Below are positions 59,141-64,000 of a stretch of DNA of 64,000 bases, piece after piece. The translations under genes were made by a program, and so were the position numbers. Position 1 is the stretch's first letter, and each line of letters opens with the position of its first letter. The notes beneath the pieces were generated by a model, which made no database searches, had not been told where the DNA came from, and saw nothing but the letters and a program-made list of their open reading frames with translations. The stretch is from Octopus vulgaris (Eukaryota), in the NCBI GenBank assembly GCA_951406725.2, contig OX597830.1, positions 47,988,001 to 48,052,000 of the forward strand, read 5' to 3'.

Positions 59141-60259
59141 TCAGAAGTTACTCAATATCCAAAGAGTTCTTCACATAATATTCTCAAATACTCGGTGTAG
59201 AAGGCCTTAGAGCAGTTTAATTTTCGAAATGACTATTATTTCATGCAAAATTAATGTAAATTTTAAGAATTAGACATGTCTTAAGCTAGTAATTCTTAGA
59301 TTACTGATGCCATAATATAGAGAAACATTTTGTACGAAATATAATGTCGCGTGACACTAACGCACGGACGTAGCAGGAAATGTAGAAACTTAATCACGTG
59401 TTCATCTCTTCAAACACTTGACAGAAAACATACCATTGTAAATGAATATATTGAACAAAGGATGTATTTATACAGTCCTTTCTGTGTGTTAATTGTTATG
59501 TATTTAGAGCATTCATCGTCTACTCTAATAAAGATAATTTTTGGTTTGACACTTGCAGGCAACAATAGAAACTAACCCGAAAGGTCAACCGACCACCTCT
59601 AAGCATTTGAATTTTGAATTGAGATTTTGATAAAAAGATAGGAAAATCGAAAGTGTTGGCATTGACAACTTTCAAAATATTTGGTGTTTTCATTTGACGT
59701 AATGCACAGAGAAATCAGGCCGGCATTCAACAGTTTCGAACAATCTAGACCAAGTTCTTAGCTTCTTATAAGAAGTAGAATAATGATCCGAAACAAAAGA
59801 TTAATAGACGACTCATCAACATTCATTAAATACTACATAAAATATCCGATATCCAGCGACCATATATTCACGAATGAGAGTTTAGTTTAGGAATATTGAT
59901 TGTTAGGTATTATGTGGGGCAAAGTTAGTTAAATGAAAGCCTTGTAACTAACAACACTGTTGATCATAAAATCTCTATGAAGTGAATAATAATTAGCCTT
60001 CTTAATTGATTAATATCGTCAATAAATCAATGAATATCTGTTAATTGCTAGAAAAGAAAAACAGAGTCAATATCTGTTAATTGCAAATACAAAGACAGTC
60101 AATCCTGGGTTGATACCATACCATTGTAAAAGAATATATTGAACAGAGGACGTTTAACATTATTGATATCGCCTAAGTGTATCTCGGAGTTGTAAACAAG
60201 GTAACACCAGAACAGGATACTGCAAAACAGGTGAACACTCTTTAATATATTGTAGTAAT

Positions 60260-60482
60260 AAGGTGACGAGCTGGCAGAGTCGGTAGTGTGATGGACAAAA
60301 TACTTCGCGGTATTTCGTTCGTCTCTACGCTCTGAGTTCAAATTCCACCAAGGTCGACTTCGGCATTTATCATTTTTGGGAGTCGATAAATTAAGTCCCA
60401 GTTGAACACGGGAGTTCATGTAATCGATTTACCTCCTCCTCCTCCGAAATTGCTGGGCTTGTGCCACAATTTGAAACCAATA
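60260..60482 (+). mobile_element. SINE family 1 monomer with uninterrupted target motif
   Basis: GAGCTGGCAGAGTCGG...GCGGTATTTCGTTCGTC...GAGTTCAAATTCC, ordinary tail GGGCTTGTGCC. Confidence 0.8.
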
Positions 60483-60651
60483 TGCCTTAGAGACAATGGC
60501 AGCGAATGGATAGAAAACGATGAGTTAATGCTCGTTATCACATTCCTCTACGTCTGCATTTCAAATTTGGTCGAACTCGATTTTATCATTTATCCCAGCA
60601 GAGTCGGTAAAATAAGAATAAGTCATACAGTTCAAACGGATGTTGCCAGTT

Positions 60652-61305
60652 CATGCATGCATGCATGCATGCATGCATGCATGTATGTATGTATGTATGT
60701 ATGTATGTATGTATGTATGTATGTATGTATGTATGCATGTATGTATGTATGTATGCATGTATGTATGCATGTATATATGTATGTATGCCTGCCTGCATGT
60801 ATGTATGGATGTATGTATGGATGTATGTATGTATGTATGTGTGTATGTATGTATGTATACATGCATGTATGCATGCATGTATGTATGTATGCATGTATGT
60901 ATGCATATGTATATGTATGTATGCCTGCATCTATGTATGGATGTATGTATGTATGTATGTATGTTTGTATGTGTGTATGTATGTATGAATGCATGTATGT
61001 ATGCATGTATGTATTATGTATATATGTATGCATGCATGTATGTATGTATGAATTATGTATATATGTATGTATGTATACATGCATGCATGCATGTATGTAT
61101 ACATGCATGCATGCATGTATGTATTATGTATGCATGCATGTATGTATGTATGTATTATGTATGTATGTATGCATGTATGAATGAATGTATGTATGTATGT
61201 ATGTATGTATGTATGTATGTATGTATGCATGCATGCACGTATGTATGTATGTATGTACGTACGTACGTACGTACGTATGTATGTATGTATGTATGTATGT
61301 ATGTA
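60652..61305. repeat. Compound (ATGT)n/(ATGC)n tetranucleotide repeat
   Basis: Directly visible; source of the MYVC/HTYI ORFs. Confidence 0.97.
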
Positions 61306-61319
61306 TTGGGATAATGTAA

Positions 61320-62318
61320 ATTTGTAATCCGGATATACAAGCTAGAGGTTTCGGAGCACTTGTCCAGAGTTATCTTCTTTCTCTTTAATTTTCAAAGAGA
61401 TATTCACATCAGCAGGACGGTTGACCTCTACCTAACGGAGACCACCTCTACCTACAATGAAAACAAGGCGGCAGAGACTTTTAACATCGATCCAGACTGA
61501 CTTTGAATGTCGTACTAAAATCCCTTCAGCGACATCTTTTAACCACCAAACATTGAAGTGCATCACTTGGCCACATTTGCATACACGAGGCAGATAACAC
61601 TCTTTGTCTGATAATCTAGAATATATGTCCAAAATGTCGCACGACTCTACCACAACATATCGGCAAATGAAAGGATGAGCGTATATTAGCAGAAGATCAT
61701 GCATGGATATGTTAGCAGAAAGCTTCGGGATGATAGTAACATTGATCATAAAAGCAATCAGCCATGGACCAACGACCGGACTAAAAACTCTCACATTGAC
61801 CGCTATGCTTTTGCAATCCAAGAATAGGAAGTATCAAACAAATGCTTGATGCAAAAAGGTTCAAAGATGCGGGTAAAATACCAAAATATGATAACCGATA
61901 CAGACTTTCTGAAGTTAACACCATGCTGTCACCCACATCATAAGCAGTTGTTCGAAAATGTCATCGCGGTATTATCAACCGATGCGATATGATGTGATTA
62001 ACAAGATCCGTCGGAAGGATAACCCTGAATAACCAAAGAAATAATAATCCACAGTTTGGTAGAGGCCATAGCCACTCATAATAAGAAGGAGTTCTGATGG
62101 AATGTCCCAGTGAAAATCTCGATAAAATTTAAGTATAATCGGACTGACATAGTGATTTGGGATGGAAAAGAGAAACTGTATACAGTTGTGGAAATTAGCT
62201 GTTCAGCGGATATTAACATAAGGATCAGCGAAAAAGAGAATAACTACGCTGAATTATTGAGAAATATACTGTTACTCTACCCCGATTACAAGTTCAGATT
62301 TATATCCCTAATTATTGC
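61320..62318 (+). mobile_element. Decayed R4/Dong-like LINE fragment
   Basis: THIISSCSKM, NRTDIVIWDGKEK...VEISCSADIN...EKENNY; resembles 28810-29450. Confidence 0.8.
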
Positions 62319-62319
62319 G

Positions 62320-64000
62320 GTACCAGCTTTCTTCGCTAGTGATTGCCTTCTTAAAAAAATTTTTGGATCAAGTTCCAACTGTTTTTTCCCTTTACGACAC
62401 GCATTTAATCTCGACTGATTTTGATCTTCTGTGAGCAAGTGAGGCACAGATTTTGCTGCAACACTTTCATTCGCTCAAAACTCATTGGCAAGAACTCCAG
62501 AACACACCAGTTATATCAACACGTTCATCAATTGTTCGGCAACGATCCTCTAAGACCAGTTCATGAATTTTCGTGATGTTTTCATTCGTTCAGGAGGTCG
62601 ACGGTGGCAAAGAACGAGGTTGGTCTTCCAGCGACAAGTGACCAATAATGGACGAACAAGGGAGAAGTACTGTAAAACAAAGACGCACCACGTGACAGTA
62701 CGACTCTTGTCAACGACACCAGTCGGCAGGAGGATGCCCGAGGGACGCATCAAGTGGTTTCTAGCCGTAGAAGCCTAAACTATAGCTGGTATGTCCCACA
62801 GACAACGTTTCCGTTTACGTTTGGGTACCCTTCGCATTGATGTTTATAAATAGTTATGATGGTGCCACTGTCATGAGCGGAGGAATCGCTGGTGTTCAAG
62901 CGAAATTGCTTGTCGCAGCCCCATCTGCAACTTGTGTCAGCTTCCACCAACCGAACCTAGATGTAGATAACTTCTTAACAAAAATGTAAAGGCTATCGGT
63001 GAATTTTTCGTCATACAAAAGCAACTTTACCTGTTTATGGATCGATTCAGAGTGACTCAGTACAACAAGTGCTTACAGGAAGAAAAACGAGGACAACCAG
63101 CAGAGAAGAAAATCTTCTCCTATACACGATGGGTCTGTCAGCAGGGACCGTGCTATGTTGTTCATTATGAGCTTTCCTTTATAATGGACATCCTCCCTCA
63201 TTTCAGTGAGGTTATCAAGTCATGGGAGAGGCAAATTAAAGACACGTGCTTCTATTACGTTTGTCTATGAAAGTTTACGCTTTCGTCTCCTCTAAACAAG
63301 TTTTAATACGAATCAAGTCTTTAGCAAAAATATTACAAATCTTCACTGCTGTGACTACAGTAACGGGAATGATATCCAGTGAAACATCTTCATATCAAAC
63401 GAAAAGAAAGTTTTGTAGCCTCCGATTGAGTAACACATCAGTGAAGTTATTAAGATCAACCCACTGACTCGGTAGATACCTAATCTACGGGGAAAATCTC
63501 CACAGCAGGAGGGTCTCATCGGTCAGTGAGAATGTTGAAAGTCGGCTGAAAATTAATAGATCACCTTTCATCAATTTTCACCGTGAGACCGTCATCCCTA
63601 TATTGAACCAGATTTGCTTAGAGTTCCGACACCAATTTTCGGCATAAAATGGTGATATGATAAACCTCTCTTATATCAATCCGTAAATTCTCCCGTTTCT
63701 GAACATTGTTTGTCTCAAATTCATAGCAGATACATTTCAACTAAATTTAGACGCCCTGGTGTGGTCTGAATGTTACTCTGCAAAGCGACTAATCGGGTGG
63801 AAGTGACACATCTTGATCTATTTGACCGATTTACTTGAGATTTTGAATCTCTCTACGGATTCCTCGATTGAACTGATCGAACTGCTGCAAGAAGATGTAA
63901 CACTGCCTGTAAGCACACGGCAGTCTATGAATGAATACTTTCTCAATCTGTAGAGGATAAAATCTTATCAGGCGAGATCCGTGGTAGACAATAAACCGGA
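62320..64000 (-). repeat. Inverted duplicate of the PAN-gene 3' flank (mariner 5' part plus hAT remnant)
   Basis: 62320-62970 is the reverse complement of 57790-58598 (with an internal deletion); 62985-64000 is the reverse complement of 35853-36843. Confidence 0.9.

Noticed and set aside
60402-61340. Long Cys/Met/Tyr- or His-rich ORFs
   Set aside because: Stop-poor tetranucleotide microsatellite.

Overview
Eukaryotic, AT-rich, microsatellite- and transposon-dense DNA, most likely an octopus genome (inferred from the tRNA-derived SINE families and the LINE mix). Most long ORFs in the track are microsatellite artefacts or decayed transposon frames. The host content is two tandem + strand paralogues, gene A (6099-34789) and gene B (40135-56361). 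Each splices through five exons, all with phase-1 introns, into a secreted protein of about 250 aa: signal peptide plus three PAN/Apple-like domains. PAN1 and PAN3 are about 87% identical between paralogues, but PAN2 is only about 38% identical and more diverged than its own intron flank. Gene A has a duplicated terminal exon, and an inverted copy of the 3' flank at the right edge predicts a third paralogue. The second main observation is a near-full-length Tx1-clade LINE (18588-23870) inserted with a 15-bp target-site duplication (TSD) inside a SINE, at the same motif that forms the junctions of ~184-188-bp SINE tandem arrays whose units end in a Tx1-like tail. This suggests a SINE-targeting LINE with a self-targeting partner SINE. 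All identities were counted by hand; no database searches were run.
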